Shown here: positions 27,644 to 39,221 of the stretch, in pieces
Numbering within the stretch: the first letter of the stretch is position 1
How the letters are laid out: every line of letters begins with the position of its first letter
Translations under genes and position numbers: made by a program
Notes under the pieces: model-generated
Told to the model about the DNA's origin: nothing
What the model saw: only the letters and a program-made list of their open reading frames with translations
Databases searched by the model: none
NCBI GenBank assembly: GCA_944349535.1
Contig: CALVNA010000003.1
Coordinates: forward strand, 1 to 53,074
Direction: 5' to 3'
Length of the DNA: 53,074 bases
Origin: an uncultured Clostridia bacterium
GTDB taxonomy: Bacteria > Bacillota > Clostridia > Christensenellales > UBA1242

Positions 27644-30600
27644 AAAAATTGATGATATTTTTGATGGTTGCAATACCACTCGTAATAATTATCCTAGTCA
27701 ATTTCACTGTCGAAGTTGTGGTTGGCAACGTTTCTATTGCAGTGGACAGAATTGAACTTGATCGCACAGAAATCACTGCAAATATTGACGAAACCATTTC
27801 ACTTGAAGCAACAATTTATCCTAAAAATGCAACAAACCAAGAAATTATTTGGGAGAGCACAAATGAACAAGTTGCAAGAGTTGACCTAGATGGCAACGTT
27901 TCTTTTGTTGGCTTTGGCAATGGATATATCACTGCAACAACTGCCGACGGAAACAAGATGGCAAGCTGTTATTATTATGTTACGGACAGCAGGGTACATA
28001 GTGTCAAATTAACAACTCCTAAAGCTGAATTGCATGTAGGAACAAATGTTCAATTAGATGTTGAAATTGTGCCATATGAAGCTGAAAATAAATATGTAAC
28101 TTTTTCGTCATCGGATGAAGAAATTGCTCGAGTTGATCAAAATGGGCTTGTTACTGGTTTGAAAGTGGGTTATGTTACCATCACAGTTACAACAGAGGAT
28201 GGGCAGTATAGCGATTTTGTCAATCTTGCTATCACAAATCCGGTGGAAGATATTCAGTTAAACAAAACATACGATGTGACTGGAGAACCAAATTATTCAA
28301 TTGGTTATCAAATTATGCCAAGCACTGCAACAAACACAAATATAATTTGTGTAATTGATGATGAGAGTGTTGCAACAGTTAACAATCTTGGACAAGTTTC
28401 TTTTCTTAAAGCTGGAACTGTTGAAGTTACGTTGACAACTGTCGATGGCGGATTTAGCAAAACTATGACTATAGTTTATACTGCAGGTTATGCTCAGAGT
28501 TTGCAACTTGAAAAATATTCAATCACAGCAATGATTGGTGATGCTGCTCAGGTTATTGAATACTCTACTATGCCGAATTATCTTGCAAGCACGCAAGTCA
28601 CCTTTTCTTCTTCAAATGAGGATGTCGCTTTTGTGAGAGGTGGCTATCTTTACTTTGTCGGCGGAGGAAGTGCTACGATAACAGTATCAGTCGAGAAAGC
28701 GGCTGGTGAATATATTTCTGAGCACATAATTGTTTATGTTGAAAGCCCTGCGACGGGCATCTTAATTGAAGATGTTGTAACAGCTGAAAAAACTGTTCAA
28801 CTTCAGCCAAGTTCATTCCCTGAAAACTCAACAAACAACAAATTCTTTTATCATACAAGCTCGAATGAAGTTTCTGTCAACGAGAACGGTCTGGTAACTT
28901 TCTTGACCTACAATCCAACAACGGCTGAAATTACAATCTATGCAAATTCAGACTACAGCAATGTTTCCACCACTGTTTCTGTTGAATACACTGCAGGAAA
29001 AGCCAAAACTTTTGAATTGTCCGAAGAAAAAATCACAATGTTGTATGGCTCATCTGCGGCAATAGGATATACAATTTTCCCAAGCAATGCAAATGCCAGC
29101 GCAGTGCAGGTTGAAGTGCTGAGCCAAAAAAACAATTCTGGCAGCGGCGATGTTGTTGAAATTTTGCCAGACGGCACTTTACGAGGGATTGGTGGTGGCA
29201 AGGCTCAAGTGCAAGTTTCACTTGTTTTGCTTGGTGGAGAAAAAGTTTCTCATACTCTTGAAGTCGAAGTATTACGCCACATTGACGATATAGATATACA
29301 TGTTGAGCTTGAACAACAAAACGGAGAATACGTAACAGCTGTCAACACTGTTTCATTTGCTGCTTCAATCAGCCCTGCTGATGCAAGTGACAAAACGATC
29401 ACATGGTCGCTTAATGACAGAAATATGGGTGTTATTCTGGGCGAAACTTTCATGTTCAATCAATCGGGAGTAGTCACACTGATTGCAACAACTTCGTCTG
29501 GCTATCAAGAAAGCGTGCAAATAAGATATACCGGTTCATACCCAATTTCTGCGGAAGTGGGGATGGTGGTTGATGGCAATATTGAAACTATGCCACAAAT
29601 GATCAATGTTGGGGATGAAATTGAAGTTGCTATCAAAGAAGTGTTCCCATCAGACACGATCAATAAAAATATTTCACTTTCAGTTTCAAATCAGCAAACA
29701 TCAAGTCTGTTGGGAAAAGTTTTGGAGATAAACGGAACAACTATTCAAGCTGTGGCAGGCGGACAGGCAACTTTGACTGTTCGTGTTTCAACAACGGTTA
29801 TTCTGACTTTTGAAATCACTGTATATCAAAAAGTAGAATCTATTGAGGTGACGCCTTCAAATATTCAAACCACAAATTCAAGTTTAACTTTGCAAGCAAA
29901 TGTTTCTCCTATTGATGCAACAAACAAAGGGGTTACCTATCAAGTTTTAACTCCAGAAATTGCATATATCGACGGCGATACCCTTTATTTCAAACAAGAC
30001 GGTGTTGCTCAAATTCTTGCAATAAGCCAAGATAATCAAGAAATAACTTATCAATTTACTATCGAAAAGATTGCTAAGGGCACAGGAGTGGTTGACCCGA
30101 CAGAAGATGAAATTGAAATGTTTGTCGGCGATAGCAACAAACTTGATTTCTCATCTCAAGGCATCAGTTATGACAATTTGGAAATCATGTTTGCTCAAGA
30201 CGCTGACACAAGCGTCATTGAAATCAACGGCGACACCATTGTTGCTTTGACAAGCGGACAAACCCAAATCATTTGCATTTTATATGATGCGTTTGGCTCT
30301 CCACTTAATTCATATCAAATCACTGTTACAGTAAAACAACTTGTTGAAAACATTATCTATGTTGGGCAGCTTGAAGAGTATAACGGTTACCTTACAACCG
30401 CAAAAGATGTTATCAGCCTTGACTTTGCAGCATTGCCAGAAGAAGCAACTGATGTTGACCTAAGCTATCGCATCATAAGTATCCACGACTTAGACGGAGT
30501 TGCAGCCGATAATATTGCCGCTATTGACAGCAGCTCTAACACACTTAAGTGGTTTAGCTCTGGTGCTCTGACACTTGAAGTCTCTTCAGCTGATGGAAAC

Positions 30601-33600
30601 ATAACCAAAACCTTCAGGTTCAAATACACCGGAGGAGACCCCCTTGCTGCTGAGATTAACATAAGCAGAGAAATTTCGCTCAATGTTGGAGAAAGCATTA
30701 CAATCGAGGTGCTTAAGTGGACACCAAGCGACACTGTTAATAAACAAATTTTGATCAGAGAGACAAATCATACAACAGGTGTCAATGTTATCAGTATCGA
30801 TAGCCAAAATTTGACAATTACTGCTTTAAGTGGTGGATTTAGCAATATTCGTATTGAGCTCTCAAATGGCTTGACGCAGGATATTACCATCAATGTTATC
30901 AAAAAAGTCACTTCAATAGTTGTAAGTGAAGAAAATATCGTCACGGCTTCAAACACTGCAGTCATCAATGCAACAGCATATCCAAGCAGTGCAACAAACA
31001 AAACACTTTCCTATCAAATTGAAAAGGTTGATTTTGCAACTCTTGATGGCAACACGGTGACTTTCACATCGGCTGGAACTGTTGTTGTAACAATTTCCAC
31101 TATGGATGGAAGCGATATTTATAAACAAGTTACTGTTACAAGCACTATGGGCTATCTGCATAGCATCGATTTGAATGTAACAACTCGAACTATTTCAAAA
31201 AGAGCTTCTTTCTCACTTTATGTAACTCAAACCTATCCATTTGATGCAACAAACAAAGATGTTCAATTTAAAATTCTTTCTCAGACTGCAGCTGATGAAA
31301 GCCAAAATGATGTAATTTCGATCACCCAAAATGGTTCGACAATTCTTGTTCACGGTCTTTACGGTGGAAGTGCGATTGTAAGGGCTTATAGCTATAACAG
31401 CTTGGGTGAAGAAGTTTATACAGATTGTGTTGTAACGGTAAGCAGCCCCGTTGAAAGTATTGAAATTGATTTTGTCAGCGAAATAGAATTTTATCGTAAT
31501 TATTATGTTACAAGTCAAAACCAAATTTTCTTTAATGAAATTGTAAAACCTTTTGATGCCACAAATAGAGATTTTGTTTACACAATTTCTGATCCAACCA
31601 AAGCTACAGTGGAAGATGGAGTTATCACTTTCCATCAAATTGGCACTGTGACGGTAACATTCACTAGTGCAGACAGAACAAATGGCGAAATCTCGGTATC
31701 TTATATCTTCTCTTATGCAGGCGACACTCTGTTGGAAGCAAGTTTGAATTTAGATCCTTTTGACAATGGTGTTCTCAGATTAAATGCAGGCGAAGAAGTA
31801 ACCCTCACACTCAACAACTGGGTGCCAAAAGATAATGTAAATGTTTCCATTATTTTGAATAATCTTTCTGAAGAGAGAAATGATTCGTCAAAAGCTGTTC
31901 TCAGCTTTGAAAATGGAGTGCTCAAAGCATTAAATGGAGGAGAGGCAACATTTGAGCTTATGGCAAACAATATCTCTCTTGGCTCGTTCAAAGTGATAGT
32001 GACTCGTCAAGCAAGTGATATTTGGGTTGAAAACGAGCAGATTTATGTTTCTTCTGCTGGCTATCAAATTAATGCTCAAGTTCTTCCAACTGACACATCA
32101 AACAAAGAACTTATTTATCAAACAAACAATCCATCTATTGCCACTGTTGATGAGTTTGGTGCTGTTTCATTCAGTGGTTATGGAGTAGTTGTGATAACTA
32201 TAATCCTTGAAGAGAATCCATCTATTTCAAAACAAATAACTATTGAATATACACGAGAAATAAAGGATATTTCTTTCAGCCAGACAAAAGATGCAATGTA
32301 TGAAAATGATTATGTTGTCCTTACAGTTGAGCCGCAGCCAATATATGCGGAGGGGTATTCATACTCCTTCTCACTCAGTGATCCTTCGGTTGCAACTATT
32401 GAACAAATTGACGATTTGCAGTGGAGATTGAGAGGAATAAAGGCGGGAGAAGTTGTTGTAACTCTTTCAGTTGATGGAACAGAAATTTCTTACAGCCATA
32501 CATTCACATTTTACACAAAAATCACAGACTTGAGGTTGGAACTAGACAATGAAGGGAACGATGCCTATGGGTTTGGTGGCTATAGGGTGTTTGCAAACAA
32601 ATTTGTCGATTCTTCAGGCAAATTGACCAATCAGTTTGTTATGAATTTTTCAACAAGTCCAAGCGATAAAGATTATTCAGATCTCATTGAATGGTCATCA
32701 AGCAATGACCAAATTGCAATAGTAGATCAATATGGAAGAATTACTTTCAAAGGAACTGGGGTTGTAACTATCACAGCTTCACAAATTCCTCCTTATGAAA
32801 ACGCAAATGTAGTTTGGGATTCATACACCTTCTATATTGTTGAAGGCATCAATGTTTATAACTTCGAACAATATAAAGCTGCAATAAGTGAACTAGAAAA
32901 GACGAACGCAAACAAGACAGACAATTTCAGTGCTCTTGTGCTTCACGGCGATATTATCATGCAGCAAAATTCTCTTAGCCATGCTTTGAATTACAATATT
33001 TATGGCAATGGTTATATGATTGATTTTTCAAATGACTCAAATTACGAAAAAATCAACATAACTCGAAGCAATCTTGTGATTGACAATGTCGTGCTGCGAG
33101 GAAACACTTTCTCAGGCGAAGGTGCTTTGTCGCAGCTTGAGAATAAAGGCAAAATACTGAAAATTAGCGGCAATGTAAAAAATGTTTTAATTTACAACAC
33201 TATCATTGAAAACGCCCATATATTGGCTGAAGTTATCAGTTCGCAAGCTTACTTTCAAGGCTGTATTTTGAGAAATTCTTTCTCAGGCGGACTTGTTTTG
33301 GCACGAACAAAAGATGACAAAGTCGCACCTAATGTTATCGTTGAAGATTGCATTTTGTCAAACAGTCTGTTCAGTTGCATATTGTTTAAACCAGACACTT
33401 CAAGTCAACTTGAAGGTTATGAAAGCAAATTGACTTTGAAGGGTGATGTGCGAATTTATAACTGGCTTACACTTGATGAATTTGAAGGAAGCTCAATACT
33501 AGGCTTTTTTGAAGAGTATGGCTTGAGTAATGTGGGTGATGATATTATCAACAAGATTAAGGATGCTATAAGAACTAAATACAGCCAATACAAATACACT

Positions 33601-33936
33601 TATAAAGGTGAAGACTATTATATGTTTGGGATCTTGCAATTTTACGCATCTGTTTACAACATGTTCACCTTCCAAAGCAATGGTATTATTGACAGAAGCG
33701 GACTCAACTCAAACTTCAATTATGCAGATTGTAAATTGGACGAAACCATACCAATCATAGGTGATATATCTGGCGATTTGGAGGTTGATTTGTTGACGTT
33801 CTACGGATATGATGAAACTGATCCTGAAGAAGATAGACCTAAACCATTTATTGCACCAAATGATACTTACGAAGCCAATCCAGTGATTTTGGGCGAGATC
33901 AGACAACCACGCAGAGATAGCGAGCTTGGATTTTAA
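27640..33936 (+). CDS. Giant N-terminally anchored protein with ~18 Big_2-type Ig domains and a C-terminal beta-helix-like domain
   Basis: N-terminal hydrophobic anchor; repeated P.xATNK...SS.xxIA.V...G.V motifs; distal IYGNGY.IDF, NLVIDNVVL and NVLIYNTII repeats; ATGA overlap with the permease. Confidence 0.88.
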   Translation: MKKLMIFLMVAIPLVIIILVNFTVEVVVGNVSIAVDRIELDRTEITANIDETISLEATIYPKNATNQEIIWESTNEQVARVDLDGNVSFVGFGNGYITATTADGNKMASCYYYVTDSRVHSVKLTTPKAELHVGTNVQLDVEIVPYEAENKYVTFSSSDEEIARVDQNGLVTGLKVGYVTITVTTEDGQYSDFVNLAITNPVEDIQLNKTYDVTGEPNYSIGYQIMPSTATNTNIICVIDDESVATVNNLGQVSFLKAGTVEVTLTTVDGGFSKTMTIVYTAGYAQSLQLEKYSITAMIGDAAQVIEYSTMPNYLASTQVTFSSSNEDVAFVRGGYLYFVGGGSATITVSVEKAAGEYISEHIIVYVESPATGILIEDVVTAEKTVQLQPSSFPENSTNNKFFYHTSSNEVSVNENGLVTFLTYNPTTAEITIYANSDYSNVSTTVSVEYTAGKAKTFELSEEKITMLYGSSAAIGYTIFPSNANASAVQVEVLSQKNNSGSGDVVEILPDGTLRGIGGGKAQVQVSLVLLGGEKVSHTLEVEVLRHIDDIDIHVELEQQNGEYVTAVNTVSFAASISPADASDKTITWSLNDRNMGVILGETFMFNQSGVVTLIATTSSGYQESVQIRYTGSYPISAEVGMVVDGNIETMPQMINVGDEIEVAIKEVFPSDTINKNISLSVSNQQTSSLLGKVLEINGTTIQAVAGGQATLTVRVSTTVILTFEITVYQKVESIEVTPSNIQTTNSSLTLQANVSPIDATNKGVTYQVLTPEIAYIDGDTLYFKQDGVAQILAISQDNQEITYQFTIEKIAKGTGVVDPTEDEIEMFVGDSNKLDFSSQGISYDNLEIMFAQDADTSVIEINGDTIVALTSGQTQIICILYDAFGSPLNSYQITVTVKQLVENIIYVGQLEEYNGYLTTAKDVISLDFAALPEEATDVDLSYRIISIHDLDGVAADNIAAIDSSSNTLKWFSSGALTLEVSSADGNITKTFRFKYTGGDPLAAEINISREISLNVGESITIEVLKWTPSDTVNKQILIRETNHTTGVNVISIDSQNLTITALSGGFSNIRIELSNGLTQDITINVIKKVTSIVVSEENIVTASNTAVINATAYPSSATNKTLSYQIEKVDFATLDGNTVTFTSAGTVVVTISTMDGSDIYKQVTVTSTMGYLHSIDLNVTTRTISKRASFSLYVTQTYPFDATNKDVQFKILSQTAADESQNDVISITQNGSTILVHGLYGGSAIVRAYSYNSLGEEVYTDCVVTVSSPVESIEIDFVSEIEFYRNYYVTSQNQIFFNEIVKPFDATNRDFVYTISDPTKATVEDGVITFHQIGTVTVTFTSADRTNGEISVSYIFSYAGDTLLEASLNLDPFDNGVLRLNAGEEVTLTLNNWVPKDNVNVSIILNNLSEERNDSSKAVLSFENGVLKALNGGEATFELMANNISLGSFKVIVTRQASDIWVENEQIYVSSAGYQINAQVLPTDTSNKELIYQTNNPSIATVDEFGAVSFSGYGVVVITIILEENPSISKQITIEYTREIKDISFSQTKDAMYENDYVVLTVEPQPIYAEGYSYSFSLSDPSVATIEQIDDLQWRLRGIKAGEVVVTLSVDGTEISYSHTFTFYTKITDLRLELDNEGNDAYGFGGYRVFANKFVDSSGKLTNQFVMNFSTSPSDKDYSDLIEWSSSNDQIAIVDQYGRITFKGTGVVTITASQIPPYENANVVWDSYTFYIVEGINVYNFEQYKAAISELEKTNANKTDNFSALVLHGDIIMQQNSLSHALNYNIYGNGYMIDFSNDSNYEKINITRSNLVIDNVVLRGNTFSGEGALSQLENKGKILKISGNVKNVLIYNTIIENAHILAEVISSQAYFQGCILRNSFSGGLVLARTKDDKVAPNVIVEDCILSNSLFSCILFKPDTSSQLEGYESKLTLKGDVRIYNWLTLDEFEGSSILGFFEEYGLSNVGDDIINKIKDAIRTKYSQYKYTYKGEDYYMFGILQFYASVYNMFTFQSNGIIDRSGLNSNFNYADCKLDETIPIIGDISGDLEVDLLTFYGYDETDPEEDRPKPFIAPNDTYEANPVILGEIRQPRRDSELGF

Positions 33937-33950
33937 AAAAGGAGAAGAAT

Positions 33951-36900
33951 ATGAAAGTTAAGAGTTTTTCATTGAAAATAACTGCTTTGCTAATAACTCT
34001 TTTTAGCATATTCTTTTTCGCTGGCCTATATATGACTGGCAATGGGGCTAATGCGGTCATTCAAGGAATTTCTGGCAATCAATTTATTTTGACAGCTTCG
34101 ATTGGCAACACAACAGGGCATTATTTTCGAGATAACGCAAACAATTCAACACTTTCGAATGCAGATTCTTCTGATGAGGGTGGAGAGTATTATTCAATTG
34201 TGCCCTCGTCAGGTCTTTTGCTTGGCAAAACAAGTTCTGGCTATGGCTCAGTTATCACAACAAGCGATATGAATGCTTTGATTGAAAAAGGTGTTCTTTA
34301 TGCAAGAGCAGAGTTTAGTTTTAAAGCAAACAATGACAACGCTCAGTCAAATATTGAAGTGGCTTTGTCGCAGGGCGATAATTCACAGACTATAACTACT
34401 TCATACAACAATGGTCAATCAACAGCTTACAGCACAGAACTTTTAAAACTGTCTGCAGATGAAGGCTCTGAGATTAGGTTTAGTTTTACCACTTTGTCTT
34501 CAACTTCTGTAGGATCTTATTCTAGTTTCATTTTGTCAAAACCTACAATAAAATTTTACACAAAAATCAACAGTCTTGATTTCTCAAATCAAGATCAGAT
34601 TGTTTCAGCAGGCGGAATTATTGAGCTTAATGCTACAAATGACATTTTGCAAATCAACAACACAACTGGCAATCTTCTTAGTTACAGCAAGATCAATCAC
34701 GACATTGAATATAAATTTATTGCGGGCTCAGAATACGCAAAAATAGTTGGAGATTATCTTCACATAGACAGCGACGCACCAGAAGGAGCAGAAATTGTCT
34801 TACAAGCAGAGTGTCGTGAAAATTCTTATGATAACACTTATATTGCAAGCGAAGAAGTGACTTTTACTGTTTCATACTCTCAAGTGGAGGTGAAAGTGAA
34901 GACCGATTTTGACAATCCGCCAACAATCACTGGCGAAGGTGTTTATACGCAAGGCAGAAGAATCTTTTTGAGAATTGACACAAACAAAAGCTCCAATTCA
35001 AGATTCAATTTCGAAGGATGGTATGTCAATGACATTCTTCAAAGCACTCAAGCAACTTTAAATTATGTTGTTAATGCTGGAGATGAAATTTATGCCAAAC
35101 TGACCAAGGATATAACAATCGACTCAATTGAAGTTGCAGACAAGATTTATGATGGAACAACAAATATTGATTCAAAAAGCATTACTTATCACTTTAATGG
35201 TGTTGAAGAAGGGCATGAAGTATCGCTTGGTGGTATTGAAATTGCCTTTGCTAATGCAAGTGCCGGTCAGGATAAAGCAATTTCTATTACTGGCATGGAA
35301 AATATGACATTGACGGGGACAAATGCCTCTTTGTATGTGCTTACAAGTCGCACAGTCTCTTCAGCAACCGGAAATATTATAAAACGAGATGTTACTTTGA
35401 CACCAACAACTCTTTCAAAATATTATGGAGACAGAGAGCCTGCTCTTGCATATGATTCAAAAGGTCTTGTTGATGGGCAAACTCTTTATGGCAGTTTATT
35501 GCGAGAGGTCGGCGAAGAAGTTGGGGAATATTTAATTAGCTTGGGCAGTATAGCAACAGATACGAGAAATAGCAACTATAACATCTCGATGGCTGAAGGA
35601 GAGTTTTATTTTAAGATAGAAAAGAGGCCTCTGACAATTTCCAACCTTTTTGTAGAAGATAAAGTTTACGATAAAACTACTAATGCCGTTTTAAGTGATT
35701 ATTCAGTTTCAAACATTGTGGGAAATGAAGACGTAACAGTTGAAATTGTTGGTCAATATGAAGACTGTAATGCTGGCTACGGCAAAACAGTCAACATCAC
35801 TGCTTCAGTTCAAGGTCAAGATAACGAAAATTATATTTTGCCGGAGCTTGAAGTTTTGACTGGAAATATTATTCAAAAATCCATTATAGTGAAGGCGAAT
35901 GACGCTACTGTAGTTTTTGGGGACGAGCTTGATTTGACCTATTCGGTTGAAGGTCTTTTAGAAGGCGACTTCTTGCAAGGCGAATTGCAAATTGAAGATT
36001 TAAATGTTGGGCTTCACACCATAACACTTGGAAATTTAAGTAATGAAAATTATTCAATCACTTATCAATCAGCAAACTGCCAAATAACGCCAAGAGATGT
36101 TTATATCACAGCTGAAGCTAAAACAAAACAGTATGGCGACGTTGATCCAGCTTTGACCTTTACCATAGAAAATGCTGTTGAAGGTCAAGTGTTAAACGGC
36201 AATTTGACAAGAGAGGCAGGTGAAGAGCTTGGCTCCTACCAAATTGGCCAGGGCACACTTTCAAATTCGAATTATACAATTCATTTTACTTGTGCATCGT
36301 TTGAAATTTTACAAAGAGATATAACTGTTCAATTTTCATTTTCAGATAAAACCTACGACGGCACCACAAATGTTTCATATCAAGCAAATTTCATAAATGC
36401 GCTTTCATCTGATGATTTTTCTATTGAAATTGACGCAGCTCTTAAAAGCAAAGACGCTGGGCAGGTTTCTGTTATTATAGAAGGCCAGCCAAAAGTGAAA
36501 CTAAGTGAGCAAAGGGTGAATCTAGGTGACAAGCTTTCAAATTACAACTTTACTTTTGAACAGCTCAACGATATTGTTCAGATTGAAAAGAAGCCAGTTA
36601 ATATTGTGATAGAATCTTTAAGCAAGACTTATGGAGATCAAGATCCGGAAATCAGCTATCAGGCGGAGGGTGTTGTTGAAGGCGAAACTTTGACCGGCAA
36701 ACCGCAGCGTAATGCTGGAGAAAGTGTTGGAGAATATTTGATCTATCTTGATGAGCTGAACAATCAAAATAACCCAAATTACATTATCACATATCTTTCA
36801 TCAGAAGCTGTTTTGACTGTTTTGCCAAGAGAAATTCAAATCGTTATGGACAACTTATCTAAATTTTATGGCGATGCCGACCCAGAATTCTCTTTTACAT

Positions 36901-39221
36901 TACAAGGAGCTCTTCAATTTGACGATGCCATAGAAGATCTTTTTGATGGTCAAATTGTAAGGCAAAGTGGCGAAATAGTTGGTATATATCAACTTTCAAT
37001 CGATGGTGTAACAAATGAAAACTATAACATAGTTTTTCAAAATGCTAATTTTGTCATCAATAAACGCCCTATAACAGTGATTGCTGATGATGCCACAAAA
37101 ATTTATGGCGACGAAGATCCTTCGTTTACCTATACTGCAACAAACCTTGTTGATGGCGAAAGCATAACTTTATCAGTCAAAAGGCAGTATGGCGAGAATG
37201 TAGGCGACTACGCAATGGTGCTTGAGTCATCAAATGATGCAAGATATTCAATCACTTTTGTGCCAGGGATTTTAACCATTTTGCCAAGCGAAATCACGCT
37301 TAGGGCGGAAGATAAGGTTAAAGTTTATGGGGATGAAGATCCTTCATATAGTGTCATTATTGTTGATGGTCTGCTTAAAAACAATGATGTGCTGGCAAAC
37401 ATTGCAAATGGGCAGATGGAAAGAACTGCTGGAGAAAATGTTGGGCAATATGTTATCAGTCAAGGGTCTTATAATTTGGGTGATAACTATAAAATAAAAT
37501 TTCAGACGGGAAGTCTTGAAATTGTTCAGCAGTCAATCACTGTTTCGGCAAATCAAACAAACAAACAATACGGCGATGCCGATCCTGTGATTGGATACAC
37601 CATAACATCTGGTAGCCTGAAGTTTAGTGACGATTTTGTTGGTGCACTAACAAGGCAACCAGGCGAAACTCTCGGATCTTACACCATAGAGCAAGGGTCG
37701 CTCTCTTTGAGTGAAAATTATATCCTTGAATTTGTTTCAAATGATTTTGTTATTGAAAAAAGACAAATTACTATCATTCCTTCGGTCTCGTCAAAGATTT
37801 ACGGAGAGGCGGAGCCTGAGTTAACTTATCAAATCGTGGTTGGGTCGCTTGTAAATGGCGAGAAATTGGAAGGAGAAATTTATCGTGATAAACCAACAAC
37901 TGCTGCTGATCCACACCTATACGAAAATGTTGGGTCTTACAGAATTTACTCTACTTTAAATCACGAAAATTATGAAATAACATTTGGCACTCATTATTTT
38001 GAAGTTGAACCAAGAGTGATTGAAATTCATGCGGAAAACGCAAGCAAAGTTTACGGACAAGAAGACCCAGAACTTGTTTATACTATTATCAACGAAGAGG
38101 ACATCTTGTCAGGGGATGTTTTGCAGGGATCTATCAGCCGTGTTTCTGGAGAAAATGCTGGAAATTATGATATAAGAAGCAGTTTAACTCTTGGTAGAAA
38201 TTATACAATAAATTTTACGAGAGGAATTTTCACAATTCTTCCGATTGAACTTGTTGTAAGAACAGAAAATTATGTTAAAACTTATGGTCAGATGGACCCA
38301 GTCTTTACCTATCAAATTGTTGAAGGAGAGCTCATCAATTCTGATATTCTTTATGGTTCGATCACTCGTGAGCAAGGCGAAGATGCTGGTGTTTATAAGA
38401 TGCTTTCAAGTCTTTCAAACATCAACTACAATATAACTTTGGAAGAAGCTTATCTTGTCATTGAAAAGAAGGATGTTTATATGCTGGCAAGTGTTTACGA
38501 CAAAATTTATGACGGAACTGATGTTGCTCAGATAAAAACACCGGTCGTTTCTGGCCTTGTTGATAAAGATGTATCCCTTTCTTATGATAGAAATAACTGT
38601 GCAAGATTTGCAACTTCGCAAGTTGGCGATAACATCCCTGTTTCCTTCCATGACATAGTGCTTGTTGGGGATAAGGCAGGCAATTACAATTTGATTCTGC
38701 CGACTGATGTTACTGGTTCAATCACATACAAAGAAGTCATTTCAGAAAATGAAGAAGTCATCATTGAAGCACTTGACAGTGCAGTGCTCTATCAAGGCAC
38801 AATGCTTAATGTCAACAATTTTGAAATTGCCAGAGAGGATATGGGGCTGAATAAATATCAAGTCATCACAGGCTTTGCAATCAGACTTGAGCGGGATGGG
38901 CAAAATATTGATTTGAATGGCACAATATCATTGACCATAAAACTTGATTCGGCTTTTGCTGACAGAAACAATATATACGTGTATCACAAAACAGAAAGCG
39001 GACAGTATGTTTTGGTCAACAGCGAAAATGAAGATGGCTTGATCAAAATCAACATTGATGAGCTCGGCGAATTTGTGCTTATGACCGATAATGATGCATG
39101 GATTGATGTTGTGGCATATGTATGTATTGGCGTTCTTGGTTTGTTCGCGATATGCTATGTGATCTATCTTGTTCGTAATCGAAAAAACAAGAAAAATTTT
39201 GACGAAAAAAAATCTTCTTAA
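33951..39221 (+). CDS. Giant adhesin-like protein with YDG and MBG repeats and C-terminal TM anchor
   Basis: Signal peptide; 4 DKxYD(G/K)T units and about 11 KxYGDxDP-like units; FEGWY B-repeat-like domain; C-terminal TM followed by RNRKNKK. Confidence 0.88.
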   Translation: MKVKSFSLKITALLITLFSIFFFAGLYMTGNGANAVIQGISGNQFILTASIGNTTGHYFRDNANNSTLSNADSSDEGGEYYSIVPSSGLLLGKTSSGYGSVITTSDMNALIEKGVLYARAEFSFKANNDNAQSNIEVALSQGDNSQTITTSYNNGQSTAYSTELLKLSADEGSEIRFSFTTLSSTSVGSYSSFILSKPTIKFYTKINSLDFSNQDQIVSAGGIIELNATNDILQINNTTGNLLSYSKINHDIEYKFIAGSEYAKIVGDYLHIDSDAPEGAEIVLQAECRENSYDNTYIASEEVTFTVSYSQVEVKVKTDFDNPPTITGEGVYTQGRRIFLRIDTNKSSNSRFNFEGWYVNDILQSTQATLNYVVNAGDEIYAKLTKDITIDSIEVADKIYDGTTNIDSKSITYHFNGVEEGHEVSLGGIEIAFANASAGQDKAISITGMENMTLTGTNASLYVLTSRTVSSATGNIIKRDVTLTPTTLSKYYGDREPALAYDSKGLVDGQTLYGSLLREVGEEVGEYLISLGSIATDTRNSNYNISMAEGEFYFKIEKRPLTISNLFVEDKVYDKTTNAVLSDYSVSNIVGNEDVTVEIVGQYEDCNAGYGKTVNITASVQGQDNENYILPELEVLTGNIIQKSIIVKANDATVVFGDELDLTYSVEGLLEGDFLQGELQIEDLNVGLHTITLGNLSNENYSITYQSANCQITPRDVYITAEAKTKQYGDVDPALTFTIENAVEGQVLNGNLTREAGEELGSYQIGQGTLSNSNYTIHFTCASFEILQRDITVQFSFSDKTYDGTTNVSYQANFINALSSDDFSIEIDAALKSKDAGQVSVIIEGQPKVKLSEQRVNLGDKLSNYNFTFEQLNDIVQIEKKPVNIVIESLSKTYGDQDPEISYQAEGVVEGETLTGKPQRNAGESVGEYLIYLDELNNQNNPNYIITYLSSEAVLTVLPREIQIVMDNLSKFYGDADPEFSFTLQGALQFDDAIEDLFDGQIVRQSGEIVGIYQLSIDGVTNENYNIVFQNANFVINKRPITVIADDATKIYGDEDPSFTYTATNLVDGESITLSVKRQYGENVGDYAMVLESSNDARYSITFVPGILTILPSEITLRAEDKVKVYGDEDPSYSVIIVDGLLKNNDVLANIANGQMERTAGENVGQYVISQGSYNLGDNYKIKFQTGSLEIVQQSITVSANQTNKQYGDADPVIGYTITSGSLKFSDDFVGALTRQPGETLGSYTIEQGSLSLSENYILEFVSNDFVIEKRQITIIPSVSSKIYGEAEPELTYQIVVGSLVNGEKLEGEIYRDKPTTAADPHLYENVGSYRIYSTLNHENYEITFGTHYFEVEPRVIEIHAENASKVYGQEDPELVYTIINEEDILSGDVLQGSISRVSGENAGNYDIRSSLTLGRNYTINFTRGIFTILPIELVVRTENYVKTYGQMDPVFTYQIVEGELINSDILYGSITREQGEDAGVYKMLSSLSNINYNITLEEAYLVIEKKDVYMLASVYDKIYDGTDVAQIKTPVVSGLVDKDVSLSYDRNNCARFATSQVGDNIPVSFHDIVLVGDKAGNYNLILPTDVTGSITYKEVISENEEVIIEALDSAVLYQGTMLNVNNFEIAREDMGLNKYQVITGFAIRLERDGQNIDLNGTISLTIKLDSAFADRNNIYVYHKTESGQYVLVNSENEDGLIKINIDELGEFVLMTDNDAWIDVVAYVCIGVLGLFAICYVIYLVRNRKNKKNFDEKKSS

